Positions 38,036-48,133 of a stretch of DNA of 64,000 bases are shown in pieces; position 1 is the stretch's first letter, and the number at the start of each line of letters is the position of its first letter. The translations under genes and the position numbers were made by a program. The stretch comes from Candidatus Latescibacterota bacterium. GTDB lineage: Bacteria > Latescibacterota > UBA2968 > GCA-2709665. The notes beneath the pieces are model-generated. The model did not search any database. It saw only the letters and a list, made by a program, of their open reading frames with translations, and was not told the origin of the DNA. The stretch lies in assembly GCA_963662665.2 (NCBI GenBank), contig CAXXJS010000010.1, forward strand, positions 384,001 to 448,000, read 5' to 3'.

Positions 38036-38707
38036 ATGATTGAAGTCAAGATCGACATCGAACGCACGCTGAACGCGTTACGACCCGTCCAGGTTTCCCA
38101 ACCGCGCATGATCTGGCTTTGCAGCCGCGAGGACAACGTACTGCTGCCGATCGTGATCGGCCTTATGGAGGCCAGCGCCATCTACGCCGAACTGACGAAC
38201 GAACGCCCCCCGCGACCGCTTACACACGACCTGGTCCGGTCCATTCTGGGCCAACTCGATACTACAATAGAAGGTGTCTACATTGTGGCGTTGAAAGAAG
38301 GAATCTTTTACGCGGAACTGGCGCTCTCGCGCGGCGCGAAACGCTGGCGGGTCGACGCCCGTCCAAGCGATTGCTTTGCCCTGGCGTTACGTTACGAGGC
38401 GCCCATATACGTATCGGAGGCCGTATTAACCGAGGCCGGACACGAGGATCAGCCCGGTGTCGGCGCCGAGGAACCCGAGGCGATCGAAGCCTGGGCGCCG
38501 CCCAAGTTGTCGGAGGAAACGGAAGAAGCCGTGATGACGGTCGCGGAAGTTCCCAAGGGCGGGACTGCCGATTCCGGAGACCCTCTCGAGGTTCAAATCA
38601 TCGATCTTCAAAGAAAGATGGAACAGGCCAGCCGGCAGGAGCGATACGAGGAGGCCGGGCGACTGCGAGACGAAATAGACAGGTTGAAAAACAGCCGGGA
38701 AGAATGA
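38036..38707 (+). CDS. Bifunctional nuclease (DUF151) with C-terminal UVR domain
   Basis: LPIVIG, RPLTHDL, DARPSD, ERYEEAGRLRDEI. Confidence 0.9.
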   Translation: MIEVKIDIERTLNALRPVQVSQPRMIWLCSREDNVLLPIVIGLMEASAIYAELTNERPPRPLTHDLVRSILGQLDTTIEGVYIVALKEGIFYAELALSRGAKRWRVDARPSDCFALALRYEAPIYVSEAVLTEAGHEDQPGVGAEEPEAIEAWAPPKLSEETEEAVMTVAEVPKGGTADSGDPLEVQIIDLQRKMEQASRQERYEEAGRLRDEIDRLKNSREE

Positions 38708-38722
38708 GATAGGCCAACCCGG

Positions 38723-38767
38723 CACACAATAAGCGGATGAGCGTGGTTCTCATCCGCTTATTGTGTG
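38723..38767. terminator. Strong hairpin / terminator
   Basis: Perfect 19-bp arms CACACAATAAGCGGATGAG-N7-CTCATCCGCTTATTGTGTG just after the stop. Confidence 0.75.
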
Positions 38768-38992
38768 TACGACCGTCACAATGCGAATTTCATCCTGCGT
38801 GCGCCGGGTTCGGTGGTGTTGCCGGCCACAGTGATCACGGCAAGGCAAAAGTCTGGCGTTTTTCATGTTGACAGGGGGTTCATCCTGTACATTTATGGAA
38901 CACTAAGGCCGATGAACGGGGTGCATTGGCTGCGGTGCGGATAACGCAGTTTCCATCTAACTCCAACTCCCCATTACAGAAGGAGACACACG

Positions 38993-39427
38993 ATGGCAGG
39001 CACGATTCCCCTCATCAGTTCCGGTGTCGCGGGGCCTCTGGGCGCCATCCACCTCCCCAGATTGTGGTTGAAGTTGACGCTTTCCGCGAAGGGACAGCTT
39101 GCGGACGACTACCCCGAATGCGGCGCCGGTTACGACCAGATGGTGCTGGACGGATTGAAAGTCGATCGAGACGCGGCGGTGGACCACGTGAAGAGCAACC
39201 TGCCGACGTATATCGAGTTTGAAAATTGGGTGGTAAGTCAGCGCGGCGGCAGCATACCGCAGGGGGAAATTGACGCCTCGAACGACGCCATACGCGGGTA
39301 TCACCACGATGACGACACGCGCGGGGCGATTCTGTCGGCGGCCGGTGTGGAGGATGACGGGTCTATTCTGGACGCGGTAAACCTGAACAATCTGGACGAT
39401 TGGACGGAATTCCACAACAACCTGTAG
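38993..39427 (+). CDS. DUF5069-like protein
   Basis: GPLGAIHLPRLWLK, GQLADDY, GYDQMVLDGL, LDD; RBS AAGGAG. Confidence 0.7.
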   Translation: MAGTIPLISSGVAGPLGAIHLPRLWLKLTLSAKGQLADDYPECGAGYDQMVLDGLKVDRDAAVDHVKSNLPTYIEFENWVVSQRGGSIPQGEIDASNDAIRGYHHDDDTRGAILSAAGVEDDGSILDAVNLNNLDDWTEFHNNL

Positions 39428-39511
39428 GAGGTTCCGACCGGAGCGTTCGACCGCTGGCTGCACCGGTAAAGGCGTAGGCAGTCGAACGCTCTTTGTACGC
39501 CGGAGGGCAAG

Positions 39512-40402
39512 ATGGAGACTTCTGATTTCAGAATCGGTGTGGTGGGCGTCGGGCGAATGGGAGCGAATATTGCAAGGCACCTGAAGGATGACGGTTTTTC
39601 CGTAACGTCAGTCTACGATGTCCGAACCGCTGCAGCTGCCGAACTGGCGCGGGAACTCGGGTGCGAGGCATCCAGGACGCTGGCGGGTGTGACCGCGGCG
39701 GCGGATCAGATCATTACGGTCGTCACCGACGACGACGCGATGCGTGCGGTTTTTTCCACCGGGGGAGATAGTTTGCTGCGCGGTGCGGACGGAAGGGTTT
39801 TTATCAATTGCGCAACCATCACGCCCCAGGTGCACGTCGACGTCGAGGCGCTGGCGGAGGAGGCGGGCGCCAGAAGTCTGGAGGGCTGTATGGCAAGCAG
39901 TATCACCCAGGCTCGCGAGGGCACCCTTTATCTGATGTGCGGCGGCAGGAAGGACGTATTCGACGACGTGCAGCCGATTCTGGATTCGATGAGTACGGAT
40001 TTGAAGTACATCGGAGAGGCCGGAACGGCGGCACAGGTCAAGGCGCTCGTGAATATGGTGATGAATATCAATACGGCAGGCCTGGCGGAGGGCCTCGGCC
40101 TGGGTTCGGCGCTGGGTCTCGATCTGGATATGCTTCAGCAGGTGTTTTCGCAAACGGGCGCCAACTCCCGGGTACTGGAAACGGACGGTGAGGACATGGT
40201 GGCCCGCGATCACGAGTGTTATTTTTCGTCTGCACACGCGTCCAAGGATTCCGGCATCGCCCTGGACCTCGCGCGAAACGCCGGGCTGAATCTTCCGCTT
40301 GCGGATGCGACCAAGAGGCAGTTCGACCGCATGATTGAGATCGGCAAAGGCGAACTCGATAAGTCCGGCGTTGCCGAGTTGACGTTTCCAGGGAGAGGAT
40401 AG
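39512..40402 (+). CDS. 3-hydroxyisobutyrate dehydrogenase family NAD(P) oxidoreductase
   Basis: GVVGVGRMG, GTLYLMCGG, VKALVN, KDSGIA. Confidence 0.88.
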   Translation: METSDFRIGVVGVGRMGANIARHLKDDGFSVTSVYDVRTAAAAELARELGCEASRTLAGVTAAADQIITVVTDDDAMRAVFSTGGDSLLRGADGRVFINCATITPQVHVDVEALAEEAGARSLEGCMASSITQAREGTLYLMCGGRKDVFDDVQPILDSMSTDLKYIGEAGTAAQVKALVNMVMNINTAGLAEGLGLGSALGLDLDMLQQVFSQTGANSRVLETDGEDMVARDHECYFSSAHASKDSGIALDLARNAGLNLPLADATKRQFDRMIEIGKGELDKSGVAELTFPGRG

Positions 40403-40464
40403 CCCCCTTTCACGTGCGTCCTGTCGCGGGTTTTGGATTGGACGCTGCTATATCGGCGCCCGGT

Positions 40465-41268
40465 ATGGAATCGGTTCGTTATCGCTATGTAATGGGGTTT
40501 ACGAGGCTTTCCCTCTGGTACGTGTGGCGCCTGGCGGCAACCGGTGCGGAACCCTTTGCCGACGCGGTGAATAAGCGGGTGAACATCTATCGGAACACCT
40601 CGTTCTATGACGGGAAACACCACCCATCCGGGGATGACGTCGGTCCCGGGTGGGCGGCCTTGGTCGATCGGCTGGCTGCCCTATTTACCGTGCACAGGGA
40701 GGATGCGTCAACACACGGATTTGAAGAGGCCGGGCTCGACTTGCTGTGGCCCTGGCTCGAGGCCCGACTCAAGAAAGGCGGCGACGGCCCGGCGGGGGAA
40801 CGGCCTTACGAATGCTGGTCTTACGACTATACGGGCTCGGGTCGTCTGAATATACATATAGACAACGTGTACACGCCCGGATCGCCTCTGAGCGAGATGT
40901 TCGCGCCCTTCGCCGCTTCCCTGATACGCATGCTGCTCGATTCGCTGGAGCGGTGCCCTGAAGTCACCGTGGTGCGTTGCTCCAGTTGGATGAATTCTAC
41001 GCCGCGGTTCCGGTCCCTTTTCCCACCTCGCTGGGTGAAGAGCGAGGTGGTGAATCCCCACGTCGGTTATACAATGGGCCACTGGGGGCAGTTCATGGAC
41101 CGGCGCGGCGATTTTCACGTCAGGAACGGTCAACGGTTTCGCGCCACCGGGACATTGCCGTACGCGGCCTCAAGTTGCGAATGCGGAATCAACGAAGCGC
41201 TGGATCATCTGACACGCCGGTTTCCGGAGGCGGTCGCGTACAACCGGCAACGGGCTGTTAAGGTTTGA
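40465..41268 (+). CDS. Hypothetical protein, possible GNAT-like acyltransferase C-terminal domain
   Basis: Fills the gap between co-oriented genes; LNIHI...PGSPL...RCSSWMN pattern; start uncertain. Confidence 0.5.
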   Translation: MESVRYRYVMGFTRLSLWYVWRLAATGAEPFADAVNKRVNIYRNTSFYDGKHHPSGDDVGPGWAALVDRLAALFTVHREDASTHGFEEAGLDLLWPWLEARLKKGGDGPAGERPYECWSYDYTGSGRLNIHIDNVYTPGSPLSEMFAPFAASLIRMLLDSLERCPEVTVVRCSSWMNSTPRFRSLFPPRWVKSEVVNPHVGYTMGHWGQFMDRRGDFHVRNGQRFRATGTLPYAASSCECGINEALDHLTRRFPEAVAYNRQRAVKV

Positions 41269-41287
41269 AGGGGGTCGTTGAATCGAA

Positions 41288-42382
41288 ATGAAGATAACCG
41301 ATATCAAGGTCTACAATCTCCGGTACCCCCTGGAAGCGCCGTTTGCGAATGCGATCGCCTGGAATACGGCACGGACGGCCGGCGTGATCGAGGTCATCAC
41401 GGACGCGGGCGTGACGGGTTGGGGAGAAGGCGTTGCAGGTCTGAACGAGACGGCGCTGCGGGCGCGGCTCCTGGGACGCGATCCGCTTGACGTCGAGGTC
41501 ATCTGGAACGATCTGTATCATCGGGGCGGCATCGGGTTTTCGGAATTGAGCGCGGTGGATATCGCGCTGTGGGACATCGTGGGCAGAACCCTGAATATGC
41601 CTATATATCGTCTTTTGGGCGGTGCGTTCCGGGATCGGATTCCGGCATATGCCAGTGGATTGTTCATGCAGCGGAAGGCCGATATGACCGGGACGTTGGT
41701 GGAAGAGGCGGGGTCGTACGCGGATATGGGGTTTGCGGCCGTGAAGATGAAAATCGGGTTCGGTGAGGATTACGACGTGAAAAACGTCGCCGCGGTGCGA
41801 GCGGCCGTGGGCGATTCGATTCTGCTTGCCGTAGACGCCAATTGCGGCTACGATACCGGCACGGCGATCCACGTGGGGCGCCGGCTGCTCAAGAACGATC
41901 TGTTGTGGTTCGAGGAACCGATTTCAACCGACGACGTGCCGGGCTACCGCGAGATCCGTCAGGCACTGGGGGTGCGCGTTGCGGGCGGCGAAGCGCTCCA
42001 GGGCCGGTGGGCTTTTCGCCATCTCATCCAGGAACGGGGCGTGGATATCGTGCAGCCGGACATCAGCGACGCGGGCGGGTTTACGGAGTGCAGGAAAGTT
42101 GCCGCGCTGGCAAGCGCAAACCACGTGCGGGTGCTGCCCCACATGTGGGGAACCAGCATTCGACTGGCCGCTACGATACATTGGCAGGCAACCCTTCCCG
42201 ACTCGCCCGAAACCCTGAATCCGTTTCCGTCGTTGTTTGAATTCGATATGACCGAGAACCGGCTGCGCACGGAACTCGCCAGAGATCCGATCCAGGCCGT
42301 GGAAGGGTACGTACCCGTGATACAGGATCCAGGCCTTGGAATCGAGATTAACAGAGATGTACTGGAAGCATACGCTGTTTAA
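41288..42382 (+). CDS. Mandelate racemase family enzyme (galactarolactone cycloisomerase-like)
   Basis: TDAGVTGWGE, KMKIG, VDAN, WFEEP, AGGE, PHMWG, PGLG. Confidence 0.9.
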   Translation: MKITDIKVYNLRYPLEAPFANAIAWNTARTAGVIEVITDAGVTGWGEGVAGLNETALRARLLGRDPLDVEVIWNDLYHRGGIGFSELSAVDIALWDIVGRTLNMPIYRLLGGAFRDRIPAYASGLFMQRKADMTGTLVEEAGSYADMGFAAVKMKIGFGEDYDVKNVAAVRAAVGDSILLAVDANCGYDTGTAIHVGRRLLKNDLLWFEEPISTDDVPGYREIRQALGVRVAGGEALQGRWAFRHLIQERGVDIVQPDISDAGGFTECRKVAALASANHVRVLPHMWGTSIRLAATIHWQATLPDSPETLNPFPSLFEFDMTENRLRTELARDPIQAVEGYVPVIQDPGLGIEINRDVLEAYAV

Positions 42383-42449
42383 GGAAGCATATAACCGGAG
42401 GGGTGTGCGGCCCTGACAGTCCGGGGGTCCAATCAACAAGGAGGGTGGT

Positions 42450-43703
42450 TTGGCAACAGGTACGAGGAAGTCCGACCTGGCGATTAACGGCGGCAGGCCG
42501 GTACACCGTAAGCCCTGGCGTACGGGAGCGTTCCATTTCAGGGAGGAATTGGCTGCGCTGGAAAAGCTGCTTGATGGACCGGCGCTACCGCTGGCCCGCG
42601 GCAAGGCCGTTATGGCCTATCGCGAAGGGTTGCAGAAGCTCTACGGACTACCCTACGCCGTGCCGACGAGTTCAGGGAGCGCGGCCATCCACGTGGCGTT
42701 GGCCGCGGCGGGTATCGGCGCGGGAGACGAGGTCATATTGAGCCCGCTGACCGACTATGGTAGCATTATGGGGATATTTCAGTTGAACGCGATTCCGGTC
42801 TTTGCCGACGTGCAACCCGACGGACTGTTGATGGACGTTGGGGCGATGGAAGCGTCAGTCACCCCGTTCACCCGGGCGATCATGCCAATTCATAACGGGG
42901 GGTACGCGGTGGACATGCCGGCGGTGATGAGGGTCGCCCGCAGCCATCGGCTGATGGTCATCGAGGATTGCGCGCAGGCGCATCTCTCGTCTTTAAAGGG
43001 CAAATACCTGGGCACGTTCGGCCACCTTGGGGCGTGGAGTACGAACGAGAGCAAACACATGAAGTCGGGCGAGGGCGGGTTTGTTATGACCCGACGGCGG
43101 AAACTGGCTGAAACGGCGGATCTGTTTTCCGACAAATGCTATCCGAGGTTCCCTGGAGCGCCGGCAACACCCGCCTTCCCCGCGTTGAACGTGCGGCTTA
43201 GCGACGTCAACGCGGCATTGGCATCGGTGCAGCTGAAGCGGGTGCCGGGGTGGATCGCCAGGCGTCAGGCGTTTGGCGAGGCGTTCGATATGGGGATTTC
43301 GGGGCTGCCGGGCGTCAAGCCCCATCCCCAGCCGGCAGGCGCGAAGCCCAGTTACTGGTGGGCGCTGTTTTCCGTAGACCCTGAAGTGCTGGGCGTCGAT
43401 GCGGCAGAGTTCTGTAGGATGGTCGCGGCGGAAGGCGTTCCGGCGTTCGCGAGTCCACAGCAGTACGTGGTCGGGTGGCGGGTATTCCGCAGGCTGAACC
43501 AGGATCCGGCGGTGTTCAACAGCTACAGGCCGGACCGGCTCGAAAAGGGGGCGTATCCTCTCGATGCGTGTCCGAATGCCAGAAGCTGCGGAGAACGCGT
43601 CGGCGCGGTTCGGTTGACCCAGCACAATACCGTGGGGGAGGCGAACGCCGCTGCACGCGCCGTGCGGAAGGTCACGGAGGCATTGATGGGAAAACGGGCA
43701 TAA
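42450..43703 (+). CDS. DegT/DnrJ/EryC1/StrS PLP-dependent aminotransferase
   Basis: SSGSAAIH, GAGDEVI, IEDCAQAH, NESKHMKSGEGG. Confidence 0.9.
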   Translation: MATGTRKSDLAINGGRPVHRKPWRTGAFHFREELAALEKLLDGPALPLARGKAVMAYREGLQKLYGLPYAVPTSSGSAAIHVALAAAGIGAGDEVILSPLTDYGSIMGIFQLNAIPVFADVQPDGLLMDVGAMEASVTPFTRAIMPIHNGGYAVDMPAVMRVARSHRLMVIEDCAQAHLSSLKGKYLGTFGHLGAWSTNESKHMKSGEGGFVMTRRRKLAETADLFSDKCYPRFPGAPATPAFPALNVRLSDVNAALASVQLKRVPGWIARRQAFGEAFDMGISGLPGVKPHPQPAGAKPSYWWALFSVDPEVLGVDAAEFCRMVAAEGVPAFASPQQYVVGWRVFRRLNQDPAVFNSYRPDRLEKGAYPLDACPNARSCGERVGAVRLTQHNTVGEANAAARAVRKVTEALMGKRA

Positions 43704-43780
43704 CGACGCGGTCACCGGGGTCCGCGGATGAATGTCATCCCGCGGGGCTCCGATGTCAGTCCAATTCGTGGAGGATCGGG

Positions 43781-44350
43781 ATGGATGTTCTCGATGTACT
43801 GAAGGCGCGGCGGACGATCTTCAAATTCAATTCCAGGCCCGTTTCCGGCGAGATGCTGAAACGTATTTTCGAGTTCGGCCTATGGGCGCCGAACCACCAT
43901 GTAACGGAGCCCTGGCGTTTTGTTGTTCTCGGGGAAGAGACGAAAGAGGCGCTGGCACGGCGATATGCGAAAATCCAGGAAGCCAAGGCGCCGGACGCCG
44001 CCGCCGAGGAGACCCGGATGAAGCTCCGGCAGGCAGGTTACGACAAGTTCATGTCCAAACCCTCGATCGTCGCGGTTTCCTGTCTGCAGGAGGGAGATGA
44101 ACAGCGGCGGCGGGAGGACTATGCGGCGGTGTGTTGCGCTATGCAGAACGTCCAACTCGCGGCCTGGGAACTGGGTGTGGGAATCCAGTGGAGCACCGGA
44201 CCCATTACAATGCAAGAGGATACGTACGATTTGCTCGGAATGGATCAGGACCGGGAGTATATCATCGGATTCTTCTATATGGGATACCCGAGCGAAATTC
44301 CGTCGCCCAGGCGGAAACCGCTGGATGACGTGATGCGCTGGACTGCTTGA
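43781..44350 (+). CDS. Nitroreductase (YdjA-like)
   Basis: RRTIFKF, APNHHVTEPWRF, QNVQLAAWELGVG, YMGYP. Confidence 0.9.
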   Translation: MDVLDVLKARRTIFKFNSRPVSGEMLKRIFEFGLWAPNHHVTEPWRFVVLGEETKEALARRYAKIQEAKAPDAAAEETRMKLRQAGYDKFMSKPSIVAVSCLQEGDEQRRREDYAAVCCAMQNVQLAAWELGVGIQWSTGPITMQEDTYDLLGMDQDREYIIGFFYMGYPSEIPSPRRKPLDDVMRWTA

Positions 44351-44369
44351 CAACCCCCCTGAGGGCGCG

Positions 44370-45275
44370 TCAACTTCGCCCGGCCGTGCGGGCCTGTACA
44401 CCGGCCAGGTCTTCAACGACGGTCAAGAGGCCGGAGTGATCCAGTTCGCCCCGGTTCTTCGCCAGCGCCAGGTTGAACAATTCGTGAACGATGCTGGTTA
44501 CCGGCAGCGGCACATTGTAGTCGCTGCCGGTTTTCATGATGATATTGAGATCCTTGTAGTGGAGTCGGATGCGGAAGCCAGGTTCGAAGTCTCCGTTAAC
44601 CATGCGTTCGCCCCGGTTCTCAAGTACGCCGCAGCGGGCAAGGCCCCCGCTCAGGACCTGTACGATGTTGGCCGGGTCAACGCCCGCCTTGGCGCCGAGC
44701 GTCAACGCTTCCGACACACCGGCAATCGTCACGGCAACCAGAACCTGGTTGCAGGCTTTCACGGTCTGACCGGAGCCGAGGGGTCCGCACAGTACGATAT
44801 TCTTGCCCATGGCCTCGAAGACGGGCTTTACGGTGTTGAATACATCCTCTTCGCCGCCCACCATGATGGAGAGCGTGGCGTTTTGCGCTCCCACGTCGCC
44901 TCCGCTTACCGGCGCGTCCAGGCAGCGAACCCCTTTGCCTGCCATTGCCTTGCCGACTTTCAGGGCAACACTTGGCGCGATCGTGCTCATATCGACGTAA
45001 ATGTCACCCTTGCTCACGCCTTCGATAATACCCCCGGATCCGAGAGCAACTTCCTCCACGTCCGGCGAGTCGGGCAACATGGTGACAACGATATCGCTGT
45101 TTTCGGCGACCTCTTTGGGGGAATGGGCCTCCCTGGCGCCGGCGTCGGTCAGTTCGGCCGCGGATTCACGGCTGCGGTTGTGCGCAACAACGACGTAACC
45201 GGCCTGAAGCAGGTGCCTGGACATGGGTTTTCCCATAATTCCGAGTCCGATGAATCCGATCCTGGGTTTTGACAT
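44370..45275 (-). CDS. garR: 2-hydroxy-3-oxopropionate (tartronate semialdehyde) reductase
   Basis: IGFIGLGIMGKPM, TMLPDSPDV, DAPVSGG, GQTVKACNQ, PGFRIRLHYKDL. Confidence 0.85.
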   Translation of the reverse strand: MSKPRIGFIGLGIMGKPMSRHLLQAGYVVVAHNRSRESAAELTDAGAREAHSPKEVAENSDIVVTMLPDSPDVEEVALGSGGIIEGVSKGDIYVDMSTIAPSVALKVGKAMAGKGVRCLDAPVSGGDVGAQNATLSIMVGGEEDVFNTVKPVFEAMGKNIVLCGPLGSGQTVKACNQVLVAVTIAGVSEALTLGAKAGVDPANIVQVLSGGLARCGVLENRGERMVNGDFEPGFRIRLHYKDLNIIMKTGSDYNVPLPVTSIVHELFNLALAKNRGELDHSGLLTVVEDLAGVQARTAGRS

Positions 45276-45293
45276 TGATACGGCTCCTTTCAC

Positions 45294-46127
45294 TTACCCG
45301 TCTATAAAAAGAGACTTGTCCGACGTGGGAATAACGCGAGCGGCTTCGGCACGGGCGACGATATCGGAAATGGCGGCTTCCCCGTCCGGACCGTAGTCCA
45401 GGGTGTAGGCGTTGACGTACAGGTCGATAAATCTCTGTGCGACGGTCGCATCCATGTCCGGGGCATACCGAAGGATGTCATTTTTTACCTGGTCCGCATG
45501 GGTGTTGGCGTATTGCACGCTTTCCTGTACAGCTTTCTCAATGGCCCGGATCCGGTCGGCGCCGAGATTCCGGCGGGCAACGATACCGCCCAGCGGAATG
45601 GGGTGGCCGGTGGTGTGTTCCCACCAATCGCCCAGGTCGATCACTTCGTGCAGTCCGAAGTCGCGGAAGGTAAATCGGCTTTCGTGAATAATGAGTCCAG
45701 CGCGGACTTCGCCGATCCGTACGGCATCCATGATGCGGTGGTAGGGCAGAGTGACGAATTCGTCGAGGGACGGATCGAACAGGCGCAACAACAGGCCCGC
45801 GGTGGTCAATCTTCCGGGAACTGCAATTTTTCTGCCGGTCAGATCCGACGGATGAAGGGGTGTGGCGGCAACGACGAGCGGCCCGCAGCCTCGACCCAGC
45901 GCGCCGCCCGAATGGAGGAGACAGTACCGGTCACGGAGGTGCCCGAGGGCATGAAAGGAAACCTTGGATACATCTATCCGGCCATTCAGAGCCAGGTGGT
46001 TGAGGGTTTCTATGTCTTCGAGAATCGTATCAAACGTGGGCGCCTCTGGAATTTTTCCATGGGTGAGGCCGTAGAAGATGCACGTGTCGTTCGGGCTGGG
46101 AGAGTAGCCGAGAGAAGCGGACGCCAT
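45294..46127 (-). CDS. mqnD: 1,4-dihydroxy-6-naphthoate synthase (futalosine pathway)
   Basis: GYSPSPNDT, DIETLN, GGALGRGCGP, PGRLTTA, IIHESRF, DLGDWW, PIPLGG, LYVN. Confidence 0.92.
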   Translation of the reverse strand: MASASLGYSPSPNDTCIFYGLTHGKIPEAPTFDTILEDIETLNHLALNGRIDVSKVSFHALGHLRDRYCLLHSGGALGRGCGPLVVAATPLHPSDLTGRKIAVPGRLTTAGLLLRLFDPSLDEFVTLPYHRIMDAVRIGEVRAGLIIHESRFTFRDFGLHEVIDLGDWWEHTTGHPIPLGGIVARRNLGADRIRAIEKAVQESVQYANTHADQVKNDILRYAPDMDATVAQRFIDLYVNAYTLDYGPDGEAAISDIVARAEAARVIPTSDKSLFIDG

Positions 46128-46243
46128 AGCAGTCCGTTGATAAAGTCGCGCTGCAGTTAAGGCCGAGCGATCGTGCAGGAAGACAAGGCGCGCGACCGAG
46201 CGGTCGCGTCCGGAGAACGCCGGGACCGGATACGCTGTACGGT

Positions 46244-46978
46244 TCAGGGCGTCAGTTTTTCGATCAGGACACGGGCAGCCGCTTGCGCGTTGCGGGCCGC
46301 CAGCGGAAGCTTCCAGGCTCCCGGGTTCCGGTCTTCGACGAGGTTGCTGATGCCTCGCATTTCGATGAAAGGTACTTCGTAAAGCGTACAGAGATGCGCG
46401 GCGGCCGCGCCTTCCATATTTTCGCAGATGGCGTTGAACCGCGCCGCGAGTTCGGTGCCTCGGGCAGCAGTGCCGCTGCATTGCTGAACGGTCACAAACG
46501 GACCTGAGCGCACGGCCGGTGTTCCATCCGCCCACGTGGTATTGAGGATCCGGGCCACCGCCTCTCGGGCAAGCACCGAATCGAGCGGAAAGGTATTGTA
46601 GTGGTTCCGGATCTTGCTGAGGATCGGGATCCCGATCGCATCGGCAGGCAGCCAGCCGTCCGGTGCGAGGACCCCCAGTTCCCCGTCGTTCTCTTCGGTG
46701 GCCACGGCGAGGTCTCCTACGTCCAGTTGTGAGCCGGCGTAGGCGCCGCCGACGCCGACCTGCAGGACGAAGTCGGGCGGGCCGGATTCCAGAGCCGCGG
46801 TAAGCGCCTGCGCCGTATTGACGGCGCCGATACCGGTCTCGATCAGGATGACGCGGCGGGTCCCCAGATTACCCTCGGTGCGTACACGGTGGGCGAAGGT
46901 GCGCGTGGCCGGGTGTGAAATGCTCCTTCTGAGCGCATCCTGCTCGAAAGCGGTGGCTGTCAGGACGATGATGTCCAT
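46244..46978 (-). CDS. mqnB: Futalosine hydrolase
   Basis: TGIGAVN, GVGGAY, TVQQCSGT, ENMEGAA, RGISNLVEDR; adjacent to mqnD. Confidence 0.9.
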   Translation of the reverse strand: MDIIVLTATAFEQDALRRSISHPATRTFAHRVRTEGNLGTRRVILIETGIGAVNTAQALTAALESGPPDFVLQVGVGGAYAGSQLDVGDLAVATEENDGELGVLAPDGWLPADAIGIPILSKIRNHYNTFPLDSVLAREAVARILNTTWADGTPAVRSGPFVTVQQCSGTAARGTELAARFNAICENMEGAAAAHLCTLYEVPFIEMRGISNLVEDRNPGAWKLPLAARNAQAAARVLIEKLTP

Positions 46979-47064
46979 CGGTTATTCATAACGCGGGAAT
47001 GGGCCTCGACGATGGCCTGGATCTGACTGGCTTCGTTGCCAACCGCCGATCTGCCGCGGGTGTG

Positions 47065-48090
47065 TCATCCCAATCGTTTCGATACGCCGAGTCGGGCTGC
47101 AACGGATTCCAGGTCGGTAACGTGCGGCAGGAGCATGCGAATTCCGTTTTCGAGGTTGTGCTCGCGCGTGATCCACTCGGGTTCTCCCGGGTAGTAGACG
47201 CGGTCTGTCCCGGTTGCGGGTCTGGCCTCTCGGATGGACTGAATACGGGCGTCAACTTCCGCTCGGAAGGATTCCGGATCGGCGAACGTGGATACATTGA
47301 TCGCGATGAAGAGATAGCCGAATTTTTCGACGTCCGGAAAATCGGCCCCGGCCAGGATGCCGCCTATACATTGCATCACTACGGAGAGGCCCGATCCTTT
47401 CGGCCCCAGAGGTACGACGATGCGGGCTTCCGCCGGGTCGTCCGTAGGTTTGCCCGCCCCGTCCAGCGCCCAACCCGGCGGGATTTTCTCGCCTCGGTCG
47501 CGTGCAATGCCGATTTTGCCGGCGGCAACCACGCCCGTGGCCATATCCAGGATGATGGGGCGTTCCCGGCCTGCGGGAATCCCGTAGGCGAAGGGCGCGT
47601 TCCCGATGGCGGGTTCGATGCTGCCGTACGGCGCCATATTACCGCGGTTCTTGCGTCCACCGGTTGTGTTGAAGCCCACCATGCAGGCTTCGGCCGCCAT
47701 GTTGGCGTAGTAGGCCGCGGCGCCGTAGTGATTGGTGTTCCGAACGGCGGCCATCCCGATGCCCGCCCCTTCCGCTTTCCGGATAGCGCGTTTCATTGCC
47801 TTATACGCGGCAACCTGTCCCAGGGCGTTATCCGCGTCCAGATGGGCGTACGCGGCGCCTTCGCTCAGGACGTGGGGCCGGGCATCCGGGTTGATCTCGC
47901 CTCCCAGGATCTGGCGGATGTAACCCGCAATTGCGCGCGCGCCATGGGAATGGACGCCGCGAAGGTCCGCTTCAACCTGGATGCGGGCCGTGATTCGGGC
48001 GTTGGATTCGGGTACGCCCGCCGCTGTGAGGAGTTCAACGCAAAAAGCCTCAAGTGCGGCATGGGAGACGGTGCGAGTCGGAGTGGTCAC
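47065..48090 (-). CDS. Ldh_2 family (type 2 malate/L-lactate dehydrogenase) oxidoreductase
   Basis: ADLRGVHSHG, NHYGAAAYY, GNAP, LDMAT, GPKGSGL, PGE. Confidence 0.9.
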   Translation of the reverse strand: MTTPTRTVSHAALEAFCVELLTAAGVPESNARITARIQVEADLRGVHSHGARAIAGYIRQILGGEINPDARPHVLSEGAAYAHLDADNALGQVAAYKAMKRAIRKAEGAGIGMAAVRNTNHYGAAAYYANMAAEACMVGFNTTGGRKNRGNMAPYGSIEPAIGNAPFAYGIPAGRERPIILDMATGVVAAGKIGIARDRGEKIPPGWALDGAGKPTDDPAEARIVVPLGPKGSGLSVVMQCIGGILAGADFPDVEKFGYLFIAINVSTFADPESFRAEVDARIQSIREARPATGTDRVYYPGEPEWITREHNLENGIRMLLPHVTDLESVAARLGVSKRLG

Positions 48091-48133
48091 GATTTGTAGT
48101 CAGATGCAGGCAGTATACGGCGAATCGGGCGGA

